Shown here in pieces: positions 24,338-36,643 of a stretch of 64,000 bases of DNA. The translations under genes and the position numbers were made by a program. The notes under the pieces were generated by a model. It did not search any database. It saw only the letters and a list, made by a program, of their open reading frames with translations, and was not told where the DNA came from. Source of the DNA: Macrostomum lignano (lineage: Eukaryota); the NCBI GenBank assembly GCA_002269645.1, contig NIVC01000926.1:1-64000 (forward strand), written 5' to 3'. Each line of letters opens with the position of its first letter. The stretch's first letter is position 1.

Positions 24338-26019
24338 ACCTTTTTGCAATCAATTTCGTCGTTTTTGCGTTCAATTTCGACACGAGCGCTAGTGTGCAGT
24401 CTAAAAAACTGAGCCATAGACACTGGGCAACTTTTGCGTTCAAATTCGGCCGTGTTGCATTCTATTTCGGCAGCTTACGGCATCAGACATTCTCCATTTG
24501 AAATTACAGAAACTAGCCTCGCCGCTACAAAATAACCATGGATACGCATGAACAATAAAGGACAATACAAATAAGAAACAACTAGACTTGAACAGTCAAT
24601 TAGAAACAAATTTTAGTCCACAGAGTCTACAGAGTTTCGTTGGGTCGCATCACTTAAGCCAAAATATCATTGGCATCCAGGCAACGCTGCACGTACGTCT
24701 GGCCGTGGTTCACCCATTGCAGACACTTGAACGGTGTAATGTCCTGCGCTGCAATGCGCACCAAGCGTTGCAGCAGCCGAAGTCGATGTTGCTGCAGTGA
24801 GATGAACGCTGCTTGTGCAGCGGTCTGATCGCTGGCCTCCCGCTGCACCGCAGGCGACGAGAGAGCGCGCTTCAGCGCTGCCTTCAGGCATGAGCCTGCC
24901 TGCTCAGCGGCATTCAGGAATGGTGAATACGGGGGCAGAAACCGGCACTCATGACCTTCACCCAATCCTGGCACGTTCAGGTGCGCACGAGCGCCATCAA
25001 CCATGAGCACGAATTCCTCCTCCTCTAACAGGACGTCCAACTCGGTTAGAAAGTCTGCGAAATGGGCGTTGGTGAAGCCTCCCTGTATAGTGGTCAGGTG
25101 AATCAGGCCGTACACAGGCGAGATGACCAGGCAGATGGTTAGGTTCTGCCCTCGCTGGCCATTCAAAACCGAGACGGCACGCTGGCCTCGTGGAGCCCAG
25201 CCCTGACTGCGGAGTGTCCACAGATTGACACCGAACTCGTCAAGCCAGATCGTGTGGCGATGGACGCCTTCGGCCAGCATCCACTCAGCATGCATGCAGC
25301 GGGCCTCCTTGGTCACGGGAGTGTTCCAATCCACTGGATTCCCTCTCATGAGCTTGAGAGTGATGAGTCTTCCATCCAGTACGCGGCTGATGGCAGACAC
25401 TGACACATTCACTAGATTGGGGAATCCCTGCAGGATGTGGTTCCTCATCTGCGCCAGTGTTGCGCCAGGTTGGGTCTCCAGGAATTCGGTGATCGCATTC
25501 ACCATCTCATCTGTCAAGCGACGCCTCTTTGCTCCGCCTTTTGGAAGAGGGTCCGCTCTGCCCTGGTCAGCGTAGGCTTTGATAATGCTTGCCGCAGTTT
25601 GGCGCGCAAAGCCCAGCACACGAGCGAGCGCTCGCCAGTCTGCATTGAAGTCGTAAGCTGCGATCAGTCTCTGTCGATCAACTGTCGTGACGCGCGTGTA
25701 TTGTCCTCTTGGAGGCATTCTAGCCGGGAGCAGAAAGTAAAAACACCGAAACAGACTTGCGGAGACGACTATAGGCCTGCTTTCGGAGACAAATTTTTCA
25801 TCCCACCCTCACTGAACGCGATCGAGTGAGAAAGTGTCTATGGCAAAAACATTCGAACTGTGCCCACAGTGCCCATGTGATTGCGCTGCCGAAATAGGAC
25901 GCAAAAAGGCCGAATTTGAACGCAAAAGTTGTCCAGTGTCTATGGCTCAGTTGTTTGGACTGCACACTAGCGCTCGCGCCGAAATTGAACGCAAAAACGA
26001 CGAAATTGATTGCAAAAGG
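24338..26019 (-). mobile_element. IS630/Tc1-superfamily transposon, full length, ~110-bp TIRs, TA TSD
   Basis: TA|CCTTTTTGCAATCAATTTCGTCGTTTTTGCGTTCAATTTCG ... CGAAATTGAACGCAAAAACGACGAAATTGATTGCAAAAGG|TA. Confidence 0.92.
24654..25718 (-). CDS. Intact 354-aa DDE transposase (HTH + DD30E)
   Basis: IWLDEFG, MVDGARAH, FLPPYSPFLNAAE. 30 residues counted between the second D and the E. Confidence 0.92.
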   Translation of the reverse strand: MPPRGQYTRVTTVDRQRLIAAYDFNADWRALARVLGFARQTAASIIKAYADQGRADPLPKGGAKRRRLTDEMVNAITEFLETQPGATLAQMRNHILQGFPNLVNVSVSAISRVLDGRLITLKLMRGNPVDWNTPVTKEARCMHAEWMLAEGVHRHTIWLDEFGVNLWTLRSQGWAPRGQRAVSVLNGQRGQNLTICLVISPVYGLIHLTTIQGGFTNAHFADFLTELDVLLEEEEFVLMVDGARAHLNVPGLGEGHECRFLPPYSPFLNAAEQAGSCLKAALKRALSSPAVQREASDQTAAQAAFISLQQHRLRLLQRLVRIAAQDITPFKCLQWVNHGQTYVQRCLDANDILA

Positions 26020-26531
26020 TAAGTTCCGATTTTAGTAGGTTCATAGTTCTGTAGCTGTAGGTGTTTTTTGGGTCGCTGATTTAAAAAATGAAACCCATTT
26101 TGGCTACCACTAACTATTTTTTAGAACTTCGCTACCCCTCACAGAGCTACCACGCTAAGCGGGACATGGAGAATCAGGGATTTTGGGTAGGGTATAATAT
26201 AATATTATAATATATTATATTATATTATATTATAATAGAAGGTAAGGCTACTCCTTAGCCTTCATGCTACAGAAATAGAAGGCAAGAAACAATTAATTAT
26301 TAATTAAATAAAGTATGGTGAAGCCTCATAGTGCTCACAACTGCAAGCGTTCTATGAAGCTGCGGGCTTTATATTTCGTGTTTAACGTCTATGGCACTGA
26401 AATAGTGCTCGGAATTTTAGCTGACGCTATACCAGACAAAAGTACACATATTAGAAAAATGAAATGGCAAAGGGTATGTCAACTGTGAGAAACAACTACA
26501 GTATATGGAGTAGCTGAAATCGTTTTTCCGC

Positions 26532-28129
26532 CTAATTATTGATCACCACACTGCAGTTCGTCAGATGAAATTGAATTGAGACTTCTCCACTGCCGGATTG
26601 TTCTTGAGCTGCTCGCCGCACCTGCCGACCGTCGATTACTGCGGAGCAGTCCTGAAGTTGTATGTCACTTGTTTGTTTGTACTGACGCACGCCGACGATG
26701 CTTCTGTGACCAGTTGTCTCCATGATAAGTTGCTCATCGACTCCAGCGCGGTACAGTCTCGTGGCACAAGACGCTCGCAGGCTGTTATTGCGTTTGTTAC
26801 CCTGAATGCCGGACTCCTCACACAGACGTTTCACCATGGTCGACAGGGTGTTCTTACCAAGTGGACGCTTGGTATACCAGCATTTCGCACTATGATTGCG
26901 AATCGCCTGTAGGTAGAACCGACTGATGTCGGTCGGGCGCACGCTAATAAACTTCTTACAACAACAACAACAACTAAAATACGCTGTCAGTGGAAAAAGG
27001 CAGCGTCACAGTGCACGCTTCATAGCCTTGGCGCGAACAAAGGCCGCACCGCCGGCAGTGTCCGGGGCGCCAGGATCGGCCAGCAGGCAGTCGACGAAAT
27101 GCCGAGTTCGGGCCGGTAGGGTGCCTGCAGCGTTAGCAGCAGCACCTCCTGCACCGGCTGCGGGCAGTAGGACTCGGCGCAGATGATGTGGCCTGCCAGC
27201 TGGAGTCGCCGAAGTCGCAACTTCTTGAAGAGTGCAACATTATGCGACTGGGGTCAGCCACGTCAGGAAAGTGTACAACCTCTTTGGGAGTAACACGCTT
27301 GTCCTTCAGGCCTCGAGTAAAGGTCTTAAAATTTCTTTCTAGGTAAATTAAGCACTCGGAACCGTCCCTGATTTCCACACGAAATTGTTCCACAGTGAGA
27401 TTACAATGCTCATCGCGGCCCCGTAGAGCAAAATGTAGACCGTTGAGATAGAACAGGGTTCGAGTCAGTTGGTCAGCTGTTTTGTCACCTAGTTGTTGCT
27501 CCCTGAGTTGAGCCTCCTCGTCTAAGGAAATTGGTTCAGCACTCTTGCGCTTCAAGCCGTTTCCTTCCTTCGTAGAAATCTTCATTGCAGCATCAATGGA
27601 CTCCGTAATCACTTTAAAGTCGGGACTACGAAAAAAGTCGACCGGAGCTACTCGCACCACGCTGTAGTCCAGCCGCGAGAGAGACGAGCGACCCAGCAGG
27701 ATAGCGCTCTCCATTTTGTTTGCGCACTTCGTGAAAAAAGAGCGGCAGCAACTCACGCAGTTGGTCGTGGCTCAGTTCACCCACTGTTGTTGGAAGTTGG
27801 GGGGATCGGGCAGTCACCCACCAGCTGAAGACGTTACCAGCCCACTTGTCTCTTTCTCCGATCTTCTTCGAATTTGTGCTGCTGTCAAGCACCATGGCAT
27901 CGTTGAACGTCAAAGACGGGCCAAAGCGGTTGGCACTCGGCCCATTCGGTCCATTTGACTCCTCTGCTGCCGCTGCTCCAATTATTCTGGCGATGTCATG
28001 GTGGCTGCGAAGGTCACCACCAGCATTTAACACAGTGTCGATGTCAGATTGAAGCAATACATTGGGATCGAATCCACCCATGAAATCATCGGTATAGTCA
28101 ACTAGCGGATTTGTAATACGTGAATTCAT
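26532..28129 (-). mobile_element. Crypton-type tyrosine recombinase no.3 (ZMYM/QRICH/KCTD1-related DUF3504), interrupted by a LINE
   Basis: LFFHEVRKQNGERYP, LHFALRGRDEH, WYTKRPLGKNTL, NNSLRASCATRLYRAGVDEQLIMETTGHRS...VRQY. Frameshifts present. Confidence 0.88.
26958..27218 (-). mobile_element. 5'-truncated LINE 3' end with (TTG)n tail and 8-bp TSD
   Basis: RLRRLQLAGHII..ESYCPQPVQEVLLL is a LINE RT C-terminus. AACTTCTT is duplicated at 26950-26957 and 27219-27226; removing the insert restores VALFKKFISVRPTD of the Crypton. Confidence 0.82.
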
Positions 28130-28379
28130 TGTCCAGAAGACACAGCCTGGCGTAATGACAAACTCAACTGGCCATTATTTCAGCTGCATCTCGTCAGCTC
28201 AAGCCTATCATCAGCTTATTCATTTATAGTCTATGGCCCAACAGCTTTTTTATTTATAGTCTATGGCCCAACCACCGCCCTCTTTACGCAGTCGCACGCA
28301 CGCAGACTCTTACCCTGAAATAATGACCGCTTCCGGCACGCTGAAATAATGGCCAGGCTGTGTCTTATAGACAATGACG

Positions 28380-28496
28380 TTGCGTAGTAGGTAAGGGGCT
28401 GAAATAATGACCAAACACGAGTGCTGATCCAAACACGAGTGCGCGTAGCGCACGAGTGTCTATGGCCATTATTTCAGCCCATTACCTACTACGCAA
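28380..28496. other. 117-bp hairpin upstream of Crypton no.3
   Basis: 34-bp arms with 2 mismatches (TTGCGTAGTAGGTAAGGGGCTGAAATAATGACCA). The GCTGAAATAATGGCC motif also occurs at ~28170 and ~28340. Confidence 0.6.
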
Positions 28497-29057
28497 TCTA
28501 CCATTGCTGCAGAATAGGGCACACGCTGTAGAATAAAAATGGCTGTTAGTTTGATGGCTGATATAGCCTTCGTCTTCAACAGACAGCAGCAGAAGAAGCA
28601 GCAGCTTTGTCCATAGACGACATCAAAATTTTCCGGGAATTATTTACTTGAAGCCCGTAAATTCAATGAGGCATCACCATGCTCTATAAGAGATAAAGCA
28701 CGCTTTTCCGGGCACTATTTTTTAATGCCCGAGAGCCGAAGGCCGAGAATCGAGAGCCGGGTGCCAACATTTGGAGGGGTAATTCAAGGCGGGTGTGGCG
28801 TCCCCCCAGTCCATGGACTGAACAGCCGAAAGGCTCGAGGGTGGTTGACTAAGAATATATTTTAAATTATTAATTCCATTTACTTTATGTAAAGATTTTC
28901 TGAGTTTTTTTACTTTTTAAGTTGTTTATTATACAAGGAAAATTTTCTTAAATGCCAGTTTTCAGTGCTTGTAAAAGCCAGACGGAAGGCTAATTGAAAG
29001 TCAAGTGATATATGTAAATATCTTATTCTTTACAGCAAATAAAAAACTTCAAAAGTA

Positions 29058-30357
29058 CGAGGGGTGTTGCAAAACTTTCCGGACTGTGTTTTCTGTGAAC
29101 GACGGGAATGTCCAAATGAGCTGAAATTTTAGTCACAACTCCTTGCACATCTGCCCTATTGAAAGGTAGAAGGGCAAAACGATTCGAAATGCTGATCAAA
29201 ACTTCAAACGATTTTAAACATGGACCCAAGAACCTTACAGTACGATTTGGAAATTCAGATTGTCACTCGCTATCGCTGTCGCTGGTGTTCTCGGAAGTGT
29301 CACGCAGCTTGGGGATTGGCTCGCTCTACATATTCGCGTTCCATGGAAACGCACTTTTGGTAGCGCTCAACAATGAGCTTCGTGAAGCCAGCCTCCCAGA
29401 AGGTTGAATCCAGCTGACGCAGAGATTCGTTGGCAGCATTGATGACCTGCTCGCACGTTGTGAAGACTTGGCCTCGCATCGGCATCTTCATAGGGCCAAA
29501 CAAAGTCGGCGCTGGTAAGGTCGGGACTGTAGGCTGGGTGCTTCAGTTGGCGGAAGCCAAGCTCCTCCACCTTGGCCTGTGTGCAAGCAGCAGCATGCGG
29601 CCGCACATTGTCCCACAGGATGAATGGCTGCTGGCCCATGATGCGTCGCTTGCTCAGAATCGCAGTGCGCAGACGGTTGAGCTGGTCGATGATGTAATTA
29701 GAATTGATTTTCTGGCCCTGTGGCAGGTAGTCGACTAGCAGCACACTGCAAGCGTCCAACCAGACGGTGCACATTACGTTTTGCGTCCATGCTGACTTCA
29801 TGGCCTTTATGTGTGGATGGCGACCTTTGGGACCCCATTGCATCGACTGCTGCTTTGTCCGCGGATTGAACATTGGCAGGGGCGTTTCGTCGATGGTTAT
29901 GACCAGCTCCTTGAACCTGCTGTCACCAATGTCGTTCCACAATGCCCAGTTCTCAAGAGAACACTGCACGCGCGCTCTTTTGTGCTCTGCAGTCATGCGA
30001 CTCGCATATGAATAGTGGATGCCACACACATTCCCAATTTCACGCACACATGCCGATGAATTGTCCTTCAGATATTCGAGGACAGCAACCGCGTTGCCTT
30101 CATCCGTGCTGGTGCGTGCTGGATGGACAGAACGAGGGCATCAGCAACGTTGGTGGCACCACCATTGGCAAGACGATGGTGTTCGAAAACTTGCGTCCGA
30201 CCCAATGCGTGATCACCGAATGCAGTAACCACTTCGTTGAAGGTTTCCGTTGCCGTTTTTTCCTGCTGTTGACATGCGAAAATGTTCGTACAGAAGTTCG
30301 TACAGCTACAGCACACGCGATTCTGAACAATGATTTGTGCACAACGAATTGGCGCAA
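29058..30357 (-). mobile_element. Degenerate mariner element
   Basis: TA+CGAGGGGTGTTGCAAAAC TIR. TIDETP...LWDNVRPH...HPAYSPDLTSADF. Several frameshifts; second TIR not found. Confidence 0.85.
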
Positions 30358-31326
30358 AAAATGTCAGAAAGTGTTCACAACGATTTTTTTAAACACAACA
30401 CGGATCTGAAAGTGCCACGAGCTAACGTTTCAACAACGTGCACGCGGGACAAGGTGACCAAAAGGACTACTGAATTGGGTAATGGTTAAACGGTTTACGA
30501 TTCACAATACGATTGACTAAAATGCACAATTTAGCGACTGAAACAGTTCAAGCATGACACTACTGCGAGCAATAATTAATTTTTTTATCACGAGAAAGGT
30601 GACGATTGTTAATTGCAGATATACTTAAAGTGTAGCATATTTACTTTTGATAGGAACGAGTTGTGCGACAACATTTTAAGGTATTTGCGGCTGAACAATT
30701 AGCGCGAAGACCAGATATTAAGCGCTGAATAAAAAAACGATTTATATTATTATTGCACTCAAAAGTGCGTCCGCACGAGCACACAACATTACAGTATCGA
30801 AGCATTATTCAGATACGAAAGTTAACGAATGCAAAGAGTTATACGAGATAAAACGCGAAAAACGAAGAACAATGAAGGTAATATTTGCATCTAGCACACG
30901 AGGAATTAAAATATTCGAAATAGTCATAGCAGCACAAGGTGTACTTAAGAAACAAATTTTGACACTACAGCATTTTCGTGAAATAATACAAGCTCAAGCA
31001 TGGGGTTTTAAAACGCAAGGCAGAATAATCATGGCGACATCAGATCAGAGTAAAGTTCCAGCAGTATTACCAGGAAGTATCAGTAGTAGTAGGTAGTTCT
31101 CGATATCACCGTATACTAGCCTTCACAGTAGTAGTTTACGTTACAGGACCAGGTTCCAGTTAACAGTCATCAGTGGCAGACAGTCCACACAGAAGGGATG
31201 ACATTAGGACACATACAGTCTAGTAGTAATTCACACTAGTAATTTTTTGTTGAAGTCCATTCGACAGAACAATTACAGTAGTATCTCGCAGGTAAGCAGT
31301 AAAATTAAAATTGACTTTCAGCCATT

Positions 31327-33870
31327 CTAAACAATTATCCAATCTGCATGCTCAACTGGCTCGGGGTCACGCTGCTCTTCATTATCAGACTCTTCGTCCT
31401 GCCACAATCCTTCCTGCCTTCTCGGTTTAACATACTTCTTCATTTTTTCTACATTGACAATTTTTACTTTCTGCTTTTCATCGATAGACTTGACTTCGTA
31501 CGTCAGGTTAGTCAGCTTCCGGATTATGCGGTAGGGTCCAGTCCACGGGGCCTGGTGCTTAATTGACCATCGAGAATCGCGTTGCCGTAGGACGGTGGAA
31601 TGAAGACCCATACTAATGATCCAACTTTGAACCTTCTATTTTTGCACTTTCTGTCGTAATATCGTTTCTGACGACGCTGCACGGATTCCACCGACTCTCT
31701 GACAGCTTCAAAAGCTTTTAATAGATTCTCCTTTGTTGATCTGGCAAAAGTGACAGCTGTGCTGATTGGCTCAGCGACTCGATACACAAGGTCGAGTGGA
31801 AGCGTCACTTCTCTACCAGTCATGAGGAAGTGAGGCGTAAAGCCGGTGCTGCTGTGAACTGTGCTTCGGTACGCCAGGAGACAATGAGGGATTACGTCTT
31901 GCCAATCTTCCGGCTCTACCGTTTGTAGATAACAACGTAGCACGCCGTGCAGAGTTCTGTGGAATCTCTACGAGTCCGTCACACTGAGGGTGGTAGTATG
32001 TAGTGCGAGTCTTCTGAATTTCGAAGATTTTGCATAGGCCTTTGATGACTTTGCCATCCATGTTACTACCACGGTCGGAGTGGATAATGTGAGGTGCTCC
32101 CCATCTAGATATCCATCCGTCGAAAAGTGCTTTTGCCACGGTTTTTGCTCTTTCGTCTGGAATCGGAATTGACTCCGTCCATTTTGTAAAATAGTCTATT
32201 ATGGTAAGTAATCGATTGTTACCCTGTTTCGAGGTCGCCAGTTTAACAATATCGATACCAATGCGATGCATGGGGACCCCTGTCGCAATCGGTTGCAATG
32301 GTCCTCTAATCATTGATGTTGGCTTTGACTTTTGGCACTGGATGCACGATTTGACCACAAGCTCAACATCTATGGCTAATTTTGGCCATAGATGCACGTT
32401 CTCTGACCGATGTTTTTTGTCTTTTCGACGCCAAAATGGCCCATCTCGTGGATTTCTGCGATGAAATTTTCTCGCTTGCACTGCGGTAGAACTAGAACTG
32501 GCTTAGTCTTGTACAGGTAATGCATCACACGGTTAACGAAACACAATTGGTCAGCTTTCGACATTAGACTTAAACTTTCGGGTGACATTTTCGCTCGCTC
32601 TCCATCTTCCAAGTCCGTTTTATTCGCTGCTAACTTCCGATAAACTGGTCTAATGTAGGGGTCTCGTAACTGCATCTCAAACATACCCGGCTCTTCTTCC
32701 GAATCACTCTGCTCAACTTCATCTACTTCTTCGCTTTCCGACTTCCTTGGTACTAACGTCTGCTTTCTTCTGGAAGTAATCGCTGCGATGGTCTGGTCTT
32801 CATCGGTTTGACATTCTGCGTCTGAACGAACTTTGCTAGGTCGACAGGCTTCGCATACTCTTGTGCACACTCGTGACAAAGCATCCGCATTAGAGTGCAG
32901 TTTACCAGGGCGGTACCTTATCTCGAAGTTAAGTTCTTGAAGAGATTCAATCCAGCGAGCTAGCTGACCCGTAGGCTCTTTAAATTCTAATAGATGCGTT
33001 AGTGCTTGGTGGTCAACGCGAACTGTAAATTTTCTAGGTGCTAAGTACGACCGAAACTTCTTTACAAACTCCACCACAGCAAGAAGTTCACGGCGGGTAA
33101 CACAATAGTTTCTTTCAGCAGTATTAAGAACTCGACTGCCATAAGCAATTACTTTTTCCTCACCTTTCTGTAACTGAGAAAGAACACATTCAATAGCTGT
33201 ATCACTTGCATCAGTATCAAGAAGAAATTCGCAGTTTTCATCTGACATTTGTGGTAGCGCTAAGATCGGTGCTGATGTCAAGACAGACTTCAGATAGGAG
33301 ATACTTTCTTCGGCATCATCGCTCCAGATGAACTTTCGGTCGGTGGTTAATTTTCTCATAGGCTCGGCAATCTTCGAATAATCTTTGATGAATCGTCTGT
33401 AGTATGATGTCAGACCTAGGAAACTTCTTACATCTTTATGGTTCTTTGGTGTTGGCCATTTCTTGATTACTTCAATCTTTTCGTCATCTACTGCAACTCC
33501 TTCTGGTGTTATCACGTGTCCTAAAATCTTAAGTGATCTTGCAGCAAAGGTGCACTTGCTAGGCTTAAGGCGAAGGTTGGCTGCTCTTAATCGTTCCAGA
33601 ACTTGCTTAAGTCTCTCGTTATGAATCTCTAAGCGTCCCTCCCATGACAATAACATCGTCTATGTAAGCTAAACATGCGTCCCAAGATAGACCTTGGAGT
33701 ACCATCTGGATGAGCCTCTGAAATGTTGAGGGGGCATTTTGCAGGCCAAAGGGCATAACATTGAACTCGAAAAGTCCATGCTGACAGACGAGTGCCGTTT
33801 TCTCCCGGTCTTTCTCTTCCCATCTCTACTTGCCAGTAGCCTGCTTGCATGTCTAGTGCGGAAAAGTCAG
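31327..33870 (-). mobile_element. Gypsy/Ty3 pol (RT-RNaseH-integrase), 5'-truncated and frameshifted
   Basis: SALDMQAGYWQ, FLGLTSYYRRFI, DTDASD, RPGKLHSNADALSR, IDYFTKW, HSDRG, GPYRI. Confidence 0.93.
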
Positions 33871-33934
33871 GGCTGTTTCGTTCTAACATCGCGATATAAC
33901 ATGCAAAAGGACGCATTTGCATCGATCTATAACA

Positions 33935-35510
33935 TGTTAGATGTTGCGTGTAAAATATGTTTATTCCAAGAAATAACAGCAAGTGAAGCGGCAAACACTC
34001 GTTCACTAACAATAGGTTATAACTGTGAAATATTTAGACCGTCAGGATAAGCCTGCAACCAATCTATAATTATTTATAGCTAGATATTCCAGCTTGGACT
34101 AGCTAGGCCAGCTAGTATTAGCATAGCCATTATTACTGTTAGGTATTAGCCATTCAGGGTACTTTTGTGACAGGGCTAATAGAAAGTTGTCGTTTATTAC
34201 GTGAAGTGACTGATTACGACTATTTATTACTAATTATTCAATGAATCAAGGAAGTTTACTAACGTGCGCCATTAATTCACTGAAAGCTATTGCACATGCG
34301 AAAACGATTAGGTTAACGTATTTTTGTGCCAGGAGGCCCATCTGTTGTTTTAATGCACTCATTCGGCGGGTATATAAATACCGCGCGCACCAATTTGAAG
34401 GATCCTTGCTCTTCTCTGGTTGCCCGAGTTTGCAACTTAGCCCGGACTATGTGCTCCCGATAGTGATTGACTTTGTAAGATTGGCCCAGTGTGCCTGATT
34501 AACTAATAGTTCATGGTTAGTTATTAGCAAATGTCGAGTCTTAGTTGAGCACGGCTCCTAAGTACCTAGTTAGCTTAGTGAACTAAATCTTAGCTCTAAC
34601 AGACTGTGTTAGTAAGGACACAGGAGGCCGAGCTTAGCTTTGTGTTTTGTCTATTGATTTTGTTAAGGTTAATTATCACTTTCTGCTGGTGCGCTAGTTC
34701 CAATATTTGTTAATTTATCGTTTAATAATTACATTTGATAGTTCGTTAAGTTACTGTTCAATTTAAGCTCAAGTTCTAACTCACTTCATTCAAATCTCTT
34801 TGATAGCGGTCTTGGCTCAGTCAATTTAATCATAGCTTCGATTGGTGGCAGCGATCTACCTTTCGTGACAATTATAGTTTTGGGATTGAATATCGATACA
34901 TCGGGGAACGTAACTAATCAAGAAATTAGTGGCATTACTCTATCAGACCATCTCAGGGTACCGCTCTTCGACTGGTGCAAGATAAGCAGTATTGCCTTAG
35001 GCCACATATCTGAAAGCTACCAAAAGTTAGAATTATCTGAGGACTCGAGTCACCCGGAAATAGAGGAACAAGTCACTCCGCTCGCTAAGAGTTCGCGACC
35101 AAGAGACCCGTCTGGACTAGGTCAGACGCTGAGTCATAGTAGGCTTAAAGTGCGAGTGAGTCATAGTCTGCTAGCAAACAAAGACCCTAGGAACCAAGAG
35201 GCCCAGAGGAAAAACTATATTCCCGCGACCAGAAGGCCCGTAGGAATCTATGGGTCACTCGCGCCAAGAGGTCCATTTGGATTCCGCGTCAGATTTTATG
35301 CTTTTAGCAGACTACTCGCCAGCAGTAGCCAAACTAGCGTTAATCGTCAGTTCGTGGTTAATATATTAAATAACACCGGTGGGAATAGCAAGGCACAGAC
35401 TTATTAACGCGTGGAAGATCTGTTAGATTCGGTGTCCTAGCTGTGGAATTTGATATTCAAGCCGGAACCATTTATCAACTATAGACCCGTCTACAATTGG
35501 TGGCAGCTAA
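33935..35510 (+). mobile_element. 5' LTR/leader and PBS (tRNA-Leu type) of a second Gypsy element
   Basis: TATAAATA at ~34374. ..CTACA-AT-TGGTGGCAGC at 35491-35507 precedes gag; a second TGGTGGCAGC lies at 34843. LTR start is tentative. Confidence 0.55.
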
Positions 35511-35573
35511 AGTGAGATTTAGTGTAGGCCAAAATTTACTTGCTTGCGTTCCTCCAACTTCAAATATCTTAAT

Positions 35574-36643
35574 ATGGATAATCCTCTTAATAATCTTATC
35601 GAAGCTTTGACTGAGCAACTCCACCAAAGGCTGGAGATTCCCCAACCAACTAGGCATGTTAAGATCCAAAAATTTACACCTAATCAGGATGTGAGGGTTT
35701 GGATTGCAGCCTTAGAGCAGAGATGTGAGATTGAAGGTATTCCTAGAGATCAATTTAAGCAGGAGATCATGTTGAACTTGGACCTGGGCACCACGTTTGC
35801 TTCGGTCAAGTGCATGAATCTGCCCGATTACTTAACTTATGAGGAGTTTAAGGCTAGACTTATCGAACGATTTGGGAAGCTAGGTAGCACAGCAGAGTTT
35901 AGAGAAGAGTTTAGAATGAGACATCATAGGAAAACTGAGACTATTGATGAATTTGCGGACAGTTTAATCGAGCTGGCTGCTAATGCTTTTCCGCATTTCA
36001 CTGAAGAACAGGTTCAGATAGAGATAGTGGAACAGTTCATTGGAATGCTAGGATTACTCCAGAGTCTAGGGAGAAATTGATTCTTGCTCAGGTAGCCACT
36101 CTTCAGGACGCTAGGCACACCTTGCGCAGAATCGAAACTGCTTTTAGTATGTCACACAAGGTCAATAAGGAGCCAGTCTGTAAAACCACTCGTAAGGAAG
36201 ACGAGTTGAAGTTCACAGAGTTCATGCAGCAGCAGCAAGCTGAGCTGCAGCAGCAGAGAAAGCTGCTTCAGGAGCTGTTGAACGACAGAGACGCTAGGCG
36301 TAGGTCTGAACGCTGGAGAGCTGATGACAGACAGCCGCAGCAGGCTGATCTGAGGCGTGATTACGGGTTCCAGTACCGCCAACAGAGGGGAATGAGCCGT
36401 GACCGCCGTGATAGAAGCTCTTACCAGCGGGAGCCGAGCCAGGAGAGGCGCTATTATCAGCCCCAGACTCAAGGTGACCGTTATGCGCTGCGTGACCGAC
36501 GCGAAGTGAATGCTGCAGGCCAACGCCGAAGCACTGACCAAGCTGGTCAGATGCCAACGCAGCCGCGTCAGGTAGTCTGCTTCAACTGTGGTGTACCCGG
36601 ACACCCGGGTACACCCGGGGACACCCGGCCGAGAAGCAATTAG
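35574..36643 (+). CDS. Gypsy gag (one frameshift ~36075; broken CCHC knuckle)
   Basis: KIQKFTPNQDVRVWIAALE..., TYEEFKARLIERF, ETIDEFADSLIELAANAFP, VCFNCGVPGH. Confidence 0.8.

Noticed and set aside
30420-31320. 3' LTR of the minus-strand Gypsy (TGTAAC start near 31146)
   Set aside because: No polypurine tract and no partner LTR in the window to confirm it.
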